IMG/VR virus record: IMGVR_UViG_3300033550_000002
Coordinates: 15,685 to 79,684 of that record
Source: a virus
Direction: 5' to 3' (one strand)
Length of the DNA: 64,000 bases
Each line of letters starts with the position of its first letter. The stretch's first letter is position 1. The translations under genes and the position numbers were made by a program. This document shows, piece by piece, positions 19,312 through 29,384 of the stretch. A model generated the notes under the pieces. The model was not told where the DNA came from. It worked only from the letters and a program-made list of their open reading frames with translations, and ran no database searches.

Positions 19312-19785
19312 TCAGATGCCGTTCTCCAGGGCCTCGACCCAGATCTCCTCGAAGCCCTTCTCGGCGCTCTCGTCGATCATCACCTTCGTGATCTCCTCGA
19401 TCGTCTTGCCCTCCTTGTGCATCCGGACGATCCGGACGCAGCGCTCGGCCGACTTCATCCCGAGCTTGGCGCGGATCGAGAGGGCCGTGACGGGGTCCTG
19501 GCCGCCGACCACGGCCTCGTCGTTGTACGTGACCCACTCGGGCAGCTTCTTGCGGTAGCCCGCCTCGGCCAGCTCGACGGCCTCGGGGGTCGCGTCCTGG
19601 ATGTCGCGGTGGAGCAGGCGGATCAGCTCCTGCTTGAGGTCCGCCTCGCTTTCGGTCTTGGCGCGCAGGGCCGCCTCGAAGGTCCGGACCGAGATGTAGA
19701 TCGCGGCGTCCCGGCCGACGCCGAGCTTCTGCATGGTCTCCGACAGCATGTCCTGCGGGGAGCCGGGGTTCGTCGCCTTGGCCAT
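19312..19785 (-). CDS. hypothetical protein
   Basis: GAGG RBS, 157 aa. Confidence 0.6.
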   Translation of the reverse strand: MAKATNPGSPQDMLSETMQKLGVGRDAAIYISVRTFEAALRAKTESEADLKQELIRLLHRDIQDATPEAVELAEAGYRKKLPEWVTYNDEAVVGGQDPVTALSIRAKLGMKSAERCVRIVRMHKEGKTIEEITKVMIDESAEKGFEEIWVEALENGI

Positions 19786-19810
19786 GTCTCTTTTCCTCTC
19801 CTCGGTCGGG

Positions 19811-20476
19811 TCAGGAGACCCGCGTCGCGCCGTAGTAGTCGCTCATGTAGCTGATCTTGTCGAAGCGGATCTTCGACCTGCTGTTCGGGGCGTGCAGCAT
19901 GTACCCGCTGCCGACGTACAGCCCGACGTGGTGGATGCCGCGTTCGGTCTGGCCGTAGAACACCAGGTCGCCGGGACGCAGCGCGCTCTTCTTCGGGTGG
20001 ACGTTGGTCGTCGCGTACTGGTCGTTCGCCACGCGCGGGAGCTGCACCCCCGCCTTGGCGTACGCCGCCTGCATGAGGCCCGAGCAGTCGAAGCCGCCCT
20101 CCTCGTCGGACTCGCCGCCCCACACGTACTTGTGACCCAGCTTGGTCTGGGCCCAGTTGATCGCCGTGGCCCAGGCGGGTATCTCCTGGGAGCGGGCGGC
20201 CGGTGCCATGTCGTTCCGGGTTCCGACCGGGTCCTTCTTGGCCTTTTCGCCGGAGACCTTGGGCTTCTCCGGCTCCTTCGGCTTCGTGCGGTCCGCCCGG
20301 TCGGGGGCGGGTCGGGGGGCTCCGTCGGCGTAGGAGTTGACCTCCTGTATGGCCGGATTCTTGTTCGCCTTGGCGTTGCTGACCGGCGAGTCGCCGAGCG
20401 ATCCGCAGCCCGTAAGGGCGAGAGCGGACAGGCTGGCCGTTGCGGCGGCCAGCGCCGCCCGGTGTCGCACCTTCAC
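19811..20476 (-). CDS. NlpC/P60 peptidase lipoprotein
   Basis: lipobox LTGC; YVWGG, FDCSGL, PGDLVF, HVGLY. Confidence 0.9.
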   Translation of the reverse strand: MKVRHRAALAAATASLSALALTGCGSLGDSPVSNAKANKNPAIQEVNSYADGAPRPAPDRADRTKPKEPEKPKVSGEKAKKDPVGTRNDMAPAARSQEIPAWATAINWAQTKLGHKYVWGGESDEEGGFDCSGLMQAAYAKAGVQLPRVANDQYATTNVHPKKSALRPGDLVFYGQTERGIHHVGLYVGSGYMLHAPNSRSKIRFDKISYMSDYYGATRVS

Positions 20477-21096
20477 TGCTCGAACCTCCCTGCCCGCTCG
20501 AAGATCAGGCGGACGTAGTCTCGGGTTTCCCTGTAGGGCGGGACGCCCTGGTACTTCTTCACCTTGTAGGCCCCGGCGTTGTACGAGGCCAGCATGTTCC
20601 TGCGCGGGTCACCGGGTACGTTCCTGACGTAGCTGGCCACCTTGCAGTCGTACACGGCGGCCGAGGGGATCGCGTCGGCGGGGTTGAGGATCTGCCTCTT
20701 TCCGTCGCCGTTGGCGTCGATCCCGTGATCGGCCCACGTTCCGGGCATGAACTGCGCGATGCCGCGCGCTCCGGCCGGAGAGTCCTGCTGACCGGAAACG
20801 ACTTCCGGCTTGAATGCGATGCTCTCCTGGTAGAGCTGCGAAGCCAGAAGTGCGGGGGTCAGGGAATCACACAGGTTTCCCCACTTGTTGAAGAGGGCTT
20901 CCCACTCCTTCTTCGGAACGGAACCGGGCCGGATCGGCCCGCCCTTTCCGGAGAACTTGTAGCTCTTCTCCGTGGACTCGTTGGTCTGAGTGTTCGCGCT
21001 GGCAACCGTCTGCGGCGCGTCGCCGGTATCCGTCAGGGCGAAGTAACCGCCCGTCAGGAGAAAGCCGACAACGAACACGCCTCCTGCTCTTCGCAT
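20473..21096 (-). CDS. lytic transglycosylase (SLT)
   Basis: QES, GARGIAQFMPGTW, ASYNAG, VPPYRETRDYV; N-terminal hydrophobic anchor. Confidence 0.9.
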   Translation of the reverse strand: MRRAGGVFVVGFLLTGGYFALTDTGDAPQTVASANTQTNESTEKSYKFSGKGGPIRPGSVPKKEWEALFNKWGNLCDSLTPALLASQLYQESIAFKPEVVSGQQDSPAGARGIAQFMPGTWADHGIDANGDGKRQILNPADAIPSAAVYDCKVASYVRNVPGDPRRNMLASYNAGAYKVKKYQGVPPYRETRDYVRLIFERAGRFEQ

Positions 21097-21203
21097 CTCT
21101 CCTCCTTCCGTGATTCCACCGTAACACTGACCTAGGCCATGTTCAACCCCCAGTTTTCCCCCAACAAGCCGAAACGGCCGGACCCCTTGAGGGGTCCGGC
21201 CGT

Positions 21204-21791
21204 TCAGCCGACCTGGAGAAGCTGCGGAATCCACTGCCCGATCGCGAAGGTCACGTCGGCGAACCAGCCACCGCCGAGCGGCCACAGGAAGCCGCAGATC
21301 GCGCCGTACATCAGGTCCTTCATGTCGTCGTCCCGGCTCCGCATCGCCATGCCGAGCAGGAAGAAGCACAGGCCCGCCGCGCCGATGTCGGCGATGATGG
21401 GCCAGTCGGCGATGCCGAGGACGATGCCCTGGAACCACTCGACGATCGAGAGGATCGCGCCCGGCTGGCTGCTGACGATCGCCGTCATGCCGAACGCGCC
21501 GAAGCCCCAGGTCATGAGGGACTTCCAGTCGATGCCCTCCATGTCGTCGCGCTTGGACCACTTGTCGAGCATCCGCTTCGTCGGGTCGGTGATGAGCCGG
21601 TCTCCAACGGAGACGATCAGCGGCCCCCACGGACCCATCGAGACGATCTCGCCGGAGCCCTTGCGCTTACGACCACGGATGCACCAGGCCGAGAAGACCA
21701 GCATCACGATCCCGACACCGGCCATCGACATGTGGCCGACCCAGGAGTTCTGCGGGACGTCGATCTGCTGCTGCTGAAGTGCGAGAATCAC
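21204..21791 (-). CDS. multi-pass membrane protein (spread/transfer-like)
   Basis: several TM segments; in operon divergent from GntR gene. Confidence 0.6.
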   Translation of the reverse strand: MILALQQQQIDVPQNSWVGHMSMAGVGIVMLVFSAWCIRGRKRKGSGEIVSMGPWGPLIVSVGDRLITDPTKRMLDKWSKRDDMEGIDWKSLMTWGFGAFGMTAIVSSQPGAILSIVEWFQGIVLGIADWPIIADIGAAGLCFFLLGMAMRSRDDDMKDLMYGAICGFLWPLGGGWFADVTFAIGQWIPQLLQVG

Positions 21792-21894
21792 CTTTCTTCT
21801 CCTCTTCGTGGGTTCTCTTCCAGGTGGACGAGCCACCAGTACCCCCGGCCGATTTGACTCGGCTGACCCGACTCGCGGCGGGGGCCCTTGTGCA

Positions 21895-22857
21895 TCACCA
21901 GGCTGCGTCCGGTGCGTTGAGCAGGAAGCCGGTGACGATGGAGGCCAGCGGCATCATGAGCAGGATGTGCGTGGCCCCCAGGGGAAGCCGCTTCTCGACG
22001 CGGTCGAAGACCCACATCGTGAAGTAGTACGCGGTGCAGAACAGTCCGGCGACCCAGATGAGCCACCACTCCAGGACCCACGGCCCCCCGAACATCGCGG
22101 TCACCTGGTCGGGGTACGAGACCCCGGTCAGGAAGACCAGCGGGACCAGGTAGGGGAGCCGGTTGAGCCAGCGGAGGGCGAAGCCGCCCAGCCTGCTCAC
22201 GTGCGTCGCCTGACCCAGGTAGTTGGTGCTGATGTTCCGGATCGACAGGATGAGCATCGGGAGGAGCCCGATGATCACGGCCCAGATGAGCGAACCCATC
22301 CGGCCGGTCTCCCCGGCCATGACCAGGGTGTCGCGGAACCAGCGACCGGGTCCGTTCATGATTCCCCACTCGGAACCCTGCCCGGCGGCCAGAACGCTGG
22401 CATCGTGCGCCGGGGCAATCAGGGTTCGTCCGGAGAGAAGAACGATCCGGTCGTAGGCCGCAACGAAGAGCTGCGGTCCGGCCGCCCAGGAGAGCGCCGA
22501 CGAGAGGAGGAAGGAGGTGACGTAGGGCTTGGTCCGTCCGTTCCTCAGGTCGAGGACTCCTCGCATGGACCCGATGACCTTCAGGACCGGCTCGACGACT
22601 TCACCGGCCAGCTTCTTCTCCTCGGCGACCCGTTCCTTCACGGGCTCCAGAATCTCTGCGGCGTCCTTTCGGACTTCCGCTTCCTTGGACTTCGCCGCCT
22701 TGCGACCCTCGGCCCACTTGGAGCGAGCCGAGTTCGCCTTTTCCTTCAGCTTCCGCAGGTCGCTTTTCAGCGTCCTCGGCGGCTTGCGGCTGGCCCCCTT
22801 GAGGTGCACGGTGGGGGCCTTCTTCGGCTTGGGGGGTACCCCGGTCGAAGTTGCCAC
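21895..22857 (-). CDS. multi-pass membrane protein (spread/transfer-like)
   Basis: basic N-terminus followed by about 5 TM segments. Confidence 0.6.
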   Translation of the reverse strand: MATSTGVPPKPKKAPTVHLKGASRKPPRTLKSDLRKLKEKANSARSKWAEGRKAAKSKEAEVRKDAAEILEPVKERVAEEKKLAGEVVEPVLKVIGSMRGVLDLRNGRTKPYVTSFLLSSALSWAAGPQLFVAAYDRIVLLSGRTLIAPAHDASVLAAGQGSEWGIMNGPGRWFRDTLVMAGETGRMGSLIWAVIIGLLPMLILSIRNISTNYLGQATHVSRLGGFALRWLNRLPYLVPLVFLTGVSYPDQVTAMFGGPWVLEWWLIWVAGLFCTAYYFTMWVFDRVEKRLPLGATHILLMMPLASIVTGFLLNAPDAAW

Positions 22858-22869
22858 GGTTCTCCTTCG

Positions 22870-23025
22870 CTACGGCTTCCCGTCGGACGCCAGCCCGATG
22901 GTCTCCACCACGCGGTCCTCCACGCGCTGGATATCCTGGGAAGAGCTGTAGTCCGTCAGGGTCGAAAGCTCCGCCTGGGCGACGGAGTTCTGCTGGGCGT
23001 TGCTGTCGTTCTGCGCCATCGTCAT
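22870..23025 (-). CDS. small hypothetical protein
   Basis: MTMAQNDSNAQQ...GKP, below ORF-track cutoff. Confidence 0.4.
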   Translation of the reverse strand: MTMAQNDSNAQQNSVAQAELSTLTDYSSSQDIQRVEDRVVETIGLASDGKP

Positions 23026-23105
23026 CACCTACTTTCCTGGCTGGCGCTTGTGACTTCAGCATGACACAATACGGCCTAGGCCACAAGTGGAGACGAGGAG
23101 AAAAC

Positions 23106-23840
23106 GTGACCGACCAGATTCCCAAGTACCGCGTCATCGCGGGCATTTACCGGGGGCAGGTGACCTCCGGTGCGCTGGAGCCGGGGTCTCCGCTGCCGTC
23201 GCGGCGCAAGCTGGCGAAGCTGCACGAGACCTCGCGCGTGACGATAGACCGCGTGGTCGAACTTCTGACGGCCGAGGGCGTGCTGGAACCGTCGGACGGC
23301 AATCGCCCTCCGGTCGTGGCCGACATCACCCAGCGGACGGCGACGATCCAGAACCGGATCGAGAACGCTGCCGCGACCGGACGCGCGCTGGGCGAGAAGG
23401 AGACCTCGAAGATCCTGCGGATCGAGGAGGTTCCGTGCCCGGCCGACATCGCTCCGCTGCTCGGCGTCAAGACCGGCGAGCCGGTCGTCTGCCGGGAGCG
23501 GCTGAACCTCATCGACGGGGAACCGGTCGCCACCGGCCGTTCGTACTACCCGCCCGAGGTCACCGACCTGACGCCCGAACTGCGGCAGCCGGTCTCGATC
23601 CCCTCCGGCTCCCGCGAGCTGGCGGCCGAGCGGATGGGCTCGAACCAGAAGGACGTGATCACGATCATCACGTCCCGCCTGGCGAACGACCGCGAGCGGA
23701 AGCTGCTGGAGCTGGCCAGCCCGTTCAGCGTCGTGACGCAGGCCGCCCGCAGGGTCCTGCTGGCCAACGGCCGGGTCATCGAGGTCGCCCTGAAGATCGG
23801 AGAGGGCTCTCGGCCGCAGTCCTTCTACACGGCCCTGTGA
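23106..23840 (+). CDS. GntR-family (HutC/UTRA) regulator, KorSA/TraR-like
   Basis: KYRVIA...LEPGSPLPSRRKLA..HETSRVT; UTRA-like C-terminus; divergent from membrane genes. Confidence 0.88.
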   Translation: MTDQIPKYRVIAGIYRGQVTSGALEPGSPLPSRRKLAKLHETSRVTIDRVVELLTAEGVLEPSDGNRPPVVADITQRTATIQNRIENAAATGRALGEKETSKILRIEEVPCPADIAPLLGVKTGEPVVCRERLNLIDGEPVATGRSYYPPEVTDLTPELRQPVSIPSGSRELAAERMGSNQKDVITIITSRLANDRERKLLELASPFSVVTQAARRVLLANGRVIEVALKIGEGSRPQSFYTAL

Positions 23841-23849
23841 GGACCCGAT

Positions 23850-23901
23850 GCAGAAACGAAAATCCCCCGCTCCTCTCTGAGGGCGGGGGATTTCGTTTTG
23901 C
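23850..23901. terminator. bidirectional terminator
   Basis: long inverted repeat gcagaaacgaaaatcccccgc...gcgggggatttcgttttgc between convergent genes. Confidence 0.8.
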
Positions 23902-24183
23902 TCAAGAGCCGTTCTCCAGCGTTCGGCGAAGCAGGGTATCCTCCCTCGCATCCTTCTTCCGCTGAAGCGCGTTCCTGCGTCTGGGCTCCTTCACGTAGAC
24001 GTGCCACCATCCGCACGCCTTGTGCGGGAGGGCCTGGTGGATGTTCCCCTGGAAGGACGGCGTCCGACGTGCTTCCTTGCGGGCCTCGCCCTCGTACAGG
24101 CAGGGCAGGAGGTCCGACTCGCAGGTCTCCGCGTGGACGTACACCCTCGGAGCCGGAACCTCGTACCGCTCTTTCCGGCTCAT
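23902..24183 (-). CDS. hypothetical protein
   Basis: coupled ORF with C/H motif. Confidence 0.5.
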   Translation of the reverse strand: MSRKERYEVPAPRVYVHAETCESDLLPCLYEGEARKEARRTPSFQGNIHQALPHKACGWWHVYVKEPRRRNALQRKKDAREDTLLRRTLENGS

Positions 24184-24818
24184 CCGGCCGTCGCCAGGAC
24201 CAGACCCTCGAAGTCCGCCAGAACCACCTGGGCGGCCTTCTGGCGGCCTGCGAACTCGACGGTGCCGGTCACCTCGCCGCCGGGCGGGATGATCCGCGAG
24301 CCGGGCGCGAGCGTGCCCTCTCCGACCATTCCGGTCCGGCCGTCGGCCATGAACAGGTTGGCCGTCACCGTGACCGGCTTGTCGGTGCCGTTGCGGACGG
24401 TCAGCTCGATGAGGATTCCGGTCCGGCCGGTGCCCGCGTCGCGCCGGGTCATCTCGATCCGGCCCGGAGCCTTCTCGTCCGCCGTGACGCCCTCACGGGC
24501 GTCCACGCTGGCCGCCTCCTGCGGGCCGCCGCCCGCAGCCGGGAACAGCTCCTGCGGCTGCCCGGCCTCCTGCGGCCCGGCCTTCGGCTCCACCGGGGAA
24601 TCGGGGGCGACGGCCCACAGCGTGCCCGCCACGGCCACGGCAGCCACGGCGGTGATGACCAGACCCTTGCGGGACCGCTTCTTCCCGGCCGCAGCCTCCG
24701 TGACCGGCGGCACGGGCGGCGCGGGCGGCGCGGGCGGCATGGGCTCGGGGTCGTGCCAGGGCTCGGCCGGGCGCTCGCTCTCGGCGTCCGGCATGTCCTG
24801 CCTCCACCAGTCGGTCAC
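24180..24818 (-). CDS. membrane-anchored protein with DUF4352-like beta domain
   Basis: Pro-rich N-terminus, one TM, IELTVRNGTD...GTVEF. Confidence 0.55.
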   Translation of the reverse strand: MTDWWRQDMPDAESERPAEPWHDPEPMPPAPPAPPVPPVTEAAAGKKRSRKGLVITAVAAVAVAGTLWAVAPDSPVEPKAGPQEAGQPQELFPAAGGGPQEAASVDAREGVTADEKAPGRIEMTRRDAGTGRTGILIELTVRNGTDKPVTVTANLFMADGRTGMVGEGTLAPGSRIIPPGGEVTGTVEFAGRQKAAQVVLADFEGLVLATAG

Positions 24819-25027
24819 TTCTTTCCTCCGCTCCTGAGCATCTTCACGATCTTCGGCGCGGCACCGCTCACCGCTCCGGCCGCGACCGCCCCCGCACCCG
24901 GCAGCCCCATCGCCTTGAAGGCCGCGCTGTCGAGCGCCACGCCGACCAGCGCGGCGGTCGCCACGCTGTCGTCCACCTCGTCCTCCACGACCTTCTGCAA
25001 GGCCCACCCCACGACCTTCTCGATCAC
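24815..25027 (-). CDS. small hypothetical protein
   Basis: coupled ORF. Confidence 0.45.
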   Translation of the reverse strand: MIEKVVGWALQKVVEDEVDDSVATAALVGVALDSAAFKAMGLPGAGAVAAGAVSGAAPKIVKMLRSGGKK

Positions 25028-25335
25028 GGCAGCAGGCCCGTCATCTCGTGGACACCGAGGACCGCCAGGTACTCGAAGCTCCAGAAGGTGACGCTCTCCC
25101 CGTCGCCGTCCTCCACCATCGAGCCCTTGACGACGGTGTAGCGGATGCCGGTCCGGTCCCGGTACACGAACCCCGGCGGCATGATCGGAAGGGTCGGTGC
25201 CTGGTTGTCCCCCCAGGGGACCACCCGGATCACCACGTACTGCATGGGGTTCGCGGGGTCGTTGTCCACGACCGGCTGGATGGTGACCCGGTTCTGGGCC
25301 TGGTCGCTGGATGAAGTCTCAAGTCGCCAGCTCAT
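25024..25335 (-). CDS. hypothetical protein
   Basis: GAGGAG RBS. Confidence 0.55.
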   Translation of the reverse strand: MSWRLETSSSDQAQNRVTIQPVVDNDPANPMQYVVIRVVPWGDNQAPTLPIMPPGFVYRDRTGIRYTVVKGSMVEDGDGESVTFWSFEYLAVLGVHEMTGLLP

Positions 25336-25423
25336 CTCGTTCTCCTCTCCTCAATACATCCAGAATACAGGGAAGTTGAAAAGCCGGAAGCCCCCTCCGC
25401 AGAGGGGGCTTCCGTGTGTTGCG

Positions 25424-26590
25424 TCACGCGTCGTCGCCGAGCCAGTCGACGAGGTCGTTCTCCTCGAACCAGTCGAGCGGGAACCGGCGGGTGGCCTCGG
25501 AGAGGCGCGGCGGCCGGATGCGGTTGGCCTCGCAGAACGACGCCTTCGTGATGCCGCCGGTCACGTGGTTCGCGGCGTAGTACTGCCGGGCCATCGCGAG
25601 CTGCTTCATCTCGCCGTCGCTCAGGGAGAGACCGGCGTTCTGGGCCAGCTCGCGAACCGGGGCCGCGACCGGGGCGGAGGAACCGCCGGAGAGGACTTCG
25701 CCACGGATCAGCATCGGCTGCCGGAGGGCGATCTCGGCCTCGGCGTCCAGACGCTCCAGCGTGATCTCCTGCCGCGAGCGCATGGTGTCGATCGCGAGAC
25801 GGGAGTCGAGCTGGGCCTTCATGAGCTTCAGGTCGTTCGAGCGCCGCAGGGCGTCGGTTTCCAGCTCGTGCTTCAGCTCGGCCTCCAGGCGGTCCTTCTC
25901 GGCCTTGGCGCGGGCCGCCTCGATCTCGGCCTCGTTCTTCGCCTTCTCGTCGGCCAGCTCCGCCGCGTGCTTCGCCTTGCGGTCGGCCATCTCGGCCTCG
26001 TGCTTGCGGCGCTTCGCGGTCATGTCGGCCTCGTGCTCCTCGGCCGTGGCGTCGGCCTGGGCCGCCTTGCGCCGGGAGGCCCGGTGGGTCTCGGCGATCT
26101 CCGCCTTCTCCTCGTCGGTCAGGTCGTACGGGTCCTTGAGGTCCGCCATGGCGAACATCCAGGCGACCCGGGTGAGGAGCGGAAGGACCGCCGCGAACGC
26201 CGCTTCGCCGCCGCCCATCCGGCTGCCGTGGTAGGCGAGCAGCGAGACGAGGAACAGCACTTCGAGCCAGCCGATGATCGGGACCAGGTTCACGGGCTTC
26301 TTGCCCTTGCCCCGGCGGTTGAACATCAGGCGGACGCCCCGGTACTCGGCGTACAGCGTGGCGCTCCAGGCGATGTCGGCCGTGGCCGCCGCCGAGAGGG
26401 CGATCGGGCTGACCTCGCCGAGGTTGTTCATGTCCAGGCCGCCGGGCTGGTACAGGTCCAGCAGCGAGTACGTCGACCAGATGATGGAACCGAGGGAAAG
26501 CAGCGAAGCCAGCAGAACGAGGAAGGTGAACTTCCGCCTCTCGTTCGCCTCCACCGATTCCGCCGTTTCGGCCTTCTTGAACTCCGACAT
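25424..26590 (-). CDS. SpdB-like plasmid spread protein
   Basis: four N-terminal TM helices (WSTYSL..L, DIAW), long coiled coil, C-terminal HTH-like end. Confidence 0.7.
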   Translation of the reverse strand: MSEFKKAETAESVEANERRKFTFLVLLASLLSLGSIIWSTYSLLDLYQPGGLDMNNLGEVSPIALSAAATADIAWSATLYAEYRGVRLMFNRRGKGKKPVNLVPIIGWLEVLFLVSLLAYHGSRMGGGEAAFAAVLPLLTRVAWMFAMADLKDPYDLTDEEKAEIAETHRASRRKAAQADATAEEHEADMTAKRRKHEAEMADRKAKHAAELADEKAKNEAEIEAARAKAEKDRLEAELKHELETDALRRSNDLKLMKAQLDSRLAIDTMRSRQEITLERLDAEAEIALRQPMLIRGEVLSGGSSAPVAAPVRELAQNAGLSLSDGEMKQLAMARQYYAANHVTGGITKASFCEANRIRPPRLSEATRRFPLDWFEENDLVDWLGDDA

Positions 26591-26850
26591 GTTCTTCTCC
26601 GTCTCCGAGGCCCCCCGTGGGGGCGATACGCATGACTCTTCCAGTCGGCCTAGGCCATGTCAAGCCCGGATCGGCGTTTTCCTCAAATCGGCCCTCCAGG
26701 AAACACGTTCGTCCGATTTGGGACCCTTCGCCCCGAAGGTCTCCGATGTCGCTCCAGAGTGCGGTGATTCGTCCGATTCGGTAGGAGAAGAACCAGGTTC
26801 CCCGGCGGACTTCCAGCAGTCTGGAAGCCCGCCCGAACTTCTGGAAGGTG

Positions 26851-27246
26851 TCAGGGGCGGCTCAGGAGGGACCGGAGCCATCCCTTCCTGGCGTGGCGCG
26901 GACCCGAAGATGCCGGAAGAACTTCTTCGGGTGCCGAACGCTGTTCGGGAACGACCGGCTCCACCGGGTCCTCCGCGCACGGCGGCTCCAGCAGGCACAT
27001 GTTCAGCACGTACACGTTGGGCCCCCGGAGTCCGTTCGCGGAGAAGCCGGGCTCCGTGCGCAGGAGCTGGTGCCGCACAAGCTCCCCGCGTGCCCGCGTC
27101 AGGCCGCCCTGCGTCAGCTTCGTGGAGCCCAGCAGCACCGAGGTCGGCACCTGGGTCCTGCCGACCTCGTTGACCCGCTTCAGCAGCTCTTCCAGGAGGC
27201 GCACAGCCTCGTGGCCCAGCACGCTCCGGTCGAAGGTCTCACTCAT
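26851..27246 (-). CDS. winged-HTH protein
   Basis: LTQGGLTRARGELVRHQLL...NVYVL. Confidence 0.55.
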   Translation of the reverse strand: MSETFDRSVLGHEAVRLLEELLKRVNEVGRTQVPTSVLLGSTKLTQGGLTRARGELVRHQLLRTEPGFSANGLRGPNVYVLNMCLLEPPCAEDPVEPVVPEQRSAPEEVLPASSGPRHARKGWLRSLLSRP

Positions 27247-27337
27247 CGCCGTTCCTCTCGTAAGGCTCCGTTCTGGCCCACAGGGTACGGCGAAGGGGCC
27301 CCGGAGTGGCATCCGGGGCCCCTTCTGGTAGGCCATC

Positions 27338-28771
27338 TCACTCTTCCGTCGGCGTGGCCCACGGGTCCGCGTCCAGCCACCGGGAGACCGTCGACCGGTT
27401 CACTCCCAGCATCCTGGCGATCTCCGCCTGGCTGACCCGCTGGGCGTTCACCTCTCCGCGAGCCCAGCGGACGACTTCCAGCCGCGCCGTCTCCTTGTCC
27501 TGGTCGGACGCCGACGACATCGCCTGCACCGCGAGGTACCGAACCGCCTGCGGCGGCAGCCGCACGCCTCCGACCTCGACCGTGCCCTCGGGGGCTTCGG
27601 CGGGGGCTTCGGGCCCGGGGATCTCCGGCTCGATGACGGGAGCGTCCTCGGCGGCCTTCGGCTCCTCCTCCGTGGGCCCGTCGGGCTTCACCAGCCACCA
27701 GTCCTCGGCGACAGGCTCCGACGTGACGAGGTAGGGGCCCGAAGCCGCGACTTCGGTCTCCAGGACCAGCGGCAACGGTTGCTGCAACGCGCCCTTCAGG
27801 CCCTCGACCTGCGGTTCTTCTGTTGCGGAGGGGGTCTCGTGCACGGCGGTCTGCAACACCTCGGCCTCGGCCGCGTCGGGGGCGTTGCGGGACCCGTTTT
27901 CGTCACTCTCCGTGCTGTCCGTTTCGATGGGGATTGCCTCACCGAAAGCGGCCTCTTCGACCTCCTCCTGCAACGGCGTTGCAGGCGTCTTGACCAGGGA
28001 GTATGCGGTCTCAGGAGTGGCCTCGTGCGGCGGCCCCCAGGAGGGCTGTGCAACACCTTCGGCGGAATCGGACGAAAGGGGGTCCGGTTCCTCCGTGTTT
28101 GCACCGTCCGTAGTGGCCTTCTGCAACGCGTTGCGCAACGGGCCGAAAAGGCCCTTCCGGCCTTCCGTCGCCTCGATCTTCGGCTCTTCGGAAATGGCCT
28201 GGTGCTCCATCTCCGGAACCGTCTCGGCTTCGATTCGCCCGTTTTCTTCCTTTTCGAGAACTTCATCCCCGGTGTTGCGCTCGACCTCGGAAGGCTCCGG
28301 GCCGCTGACCTGCGGCTTCTCCAGGACAGTGGTCGGGGCCTCGCTCGTGGGCTCCACGAGCGTCTTGGGCTCCGATTCGTCACTCTCGGTGCCCAGATCG
28401 GGCAGCTTCAGCCACGGCTCCTCGCGCCCCGCCTTGCGCTCCCTCGCGGAGAACCAGGCGAGTTCCGCCAGGGTCACGACCAGGGCCATCACGATCGCCC
28501 GGCCCACGCCCATCTGCTGCCCGCCCCGCTCGGGCCCCCCGGTGGCGGCGCTCAGCACGATCCAGAACGGCGCGAGGGCCACCAGCATCCGCAGGGTCTT
28601 GCCGCCGGGTCCTCGCGGGGTTCCGTCGGCCTCGGGCTCCAGGGCCCAGTTCTTCACTCCGTGCAGACCCCGGCGCAGCATCAGGCCAGCTCCACGCCGG
28701 GCGTGACGCACTTCCAGGGACTGCCTCACCGCCTTCGTGCCGGTGCGGCGCACCTTCTCCTTCGCAGGCAT
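27338..28771 (-). CDS. membrane protein with acidic linker and C-terminal HTH (Spd-like)
   Basis: two TM segments; SQAEIARMLGVNRSTVSRWL. Confidence 0.7.
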   Translation of the reverse strand: MPAKEKVRRTGTKAVRQSLEVRHARRGAGLMLRRGLHGVKNWALEPEADGTPRGPGGKTLRMLVALAPFWIVLSAATGGPERGGQQMGVGRAIVMALVVTLAELAWFSARERKAGREEPWLKLPDLGTESDESEPKTLVEPTSEAPTTVLEKPQVSGPEPSEVERNTGDEVLEKEENGRIEAETVPEMEHQAISEEPKIEATEGRKGLFGPLRNALQKATTDGANTEEPDPLSSDSAEGVAQPSWGPPHEATPETAYSLVKTPATPLQEEVEEAAFGEAIPIETDSTESDENGSRNAPDAAEAEVLQTAVHETPSATEEPQVEGLKGALQQPLPLVLETEVAASGPYLVTSEPVAEDWWLVKPDGPTEEEPKAAEDAPVIEPEIPGPEAPAEAPEGTVEVGGVRLPPQAVRYLAVQAMSSASDQDKETARLEVVRWARGEVNAQRVSQAEIARMLGVNRSTVSRWLDADPWATPTEE

Positions 28772-28852
28772 GTCCTGTCCTTTCCGAGGACGGCCGGACC
28801 AGGCGGGTCCGGCCGTCGAGACTCTTTCGATGTGGCCCAGCCGGGCCATTTC

Positions 28853-29194
28853 TCAGCGGCCCGAGAGCCAGTTCTTCGGGTCGTTGTGCTCCTCGACCGG
28901 GGGCACGACGATGGCCTCCCCGTGGACGGTGTGGCCGATCACGGTGCCCGGCTTCAGCAGCGGGTTCCCCTTCGAGGGGCCCTGGCAGCTCAGGCACGGG
29001 TCGCCCTCCTGGCGGCCGTGCTCGCAGCGGTGCAGGTCCAGCATCATGCGGCCGAGTCGGGAGATCCTGACGGCCTCCTCGCTGCGCCGCAGCTCGGCCT
29101 GGGCCTCCATGTAGAACCCGTCGAGCATCTTGACCAGATTGGGGTTCTCCGAGTCCGCCAGCGCCAGCTCCAGCGCGTTTCGGTAGTCACCCAC
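28853..29194 (-). CDS. hypothetical protein
   Basis: RCEHGR..GDPCLSC motif. Confidence 0.6.
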   Translation of the reverse strand: MGDYRNALELALADSENPNLVKMLDGFYMEAQAELRRSEEAVRISRLGRMMLDLHRCEHGRQEGDPCLSCQGPSKGNPLLKPGTVIGHTVHGEAIVVPPVEEHNDPKNWLSGR

Positions 29195-29384
29195 GGCTGG
29201 CCTCCTGCCGCTTCGAAACGGGCGAATCGGCCTGAACTTCCACGAACACCTTGCAGGCGCAGCGCAGCTTGCGGCCGATCTCCTGCTTGCACATCGTCCG
29301 GTGCCCCTCCTCGTGGTTCCCGGTGTGCCGGTGGCGGGGGTGGTTGCACCGCCCGCAGAGCATCTTGTCGTAGAGGCTCATCAT
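29187..29384 (-). CDS. small Cys/His-rich protein
   Basis: CGRCNH...H...C...CAC. Confidence 0.55.
   Translation of the reverse strand: MMSLYDKMLCGRCNHPRHRHTGNHEEGHRTMCKQEIGRKLRCACKVFVEVQADSPVSKRQEASRG

Noticed and set aside
26660-26850. ttcgtccgatt direct repeat (two copies) upstream of the spdB-like gene
   Set aside because: Too few copies to call a functional locus from sequence alone
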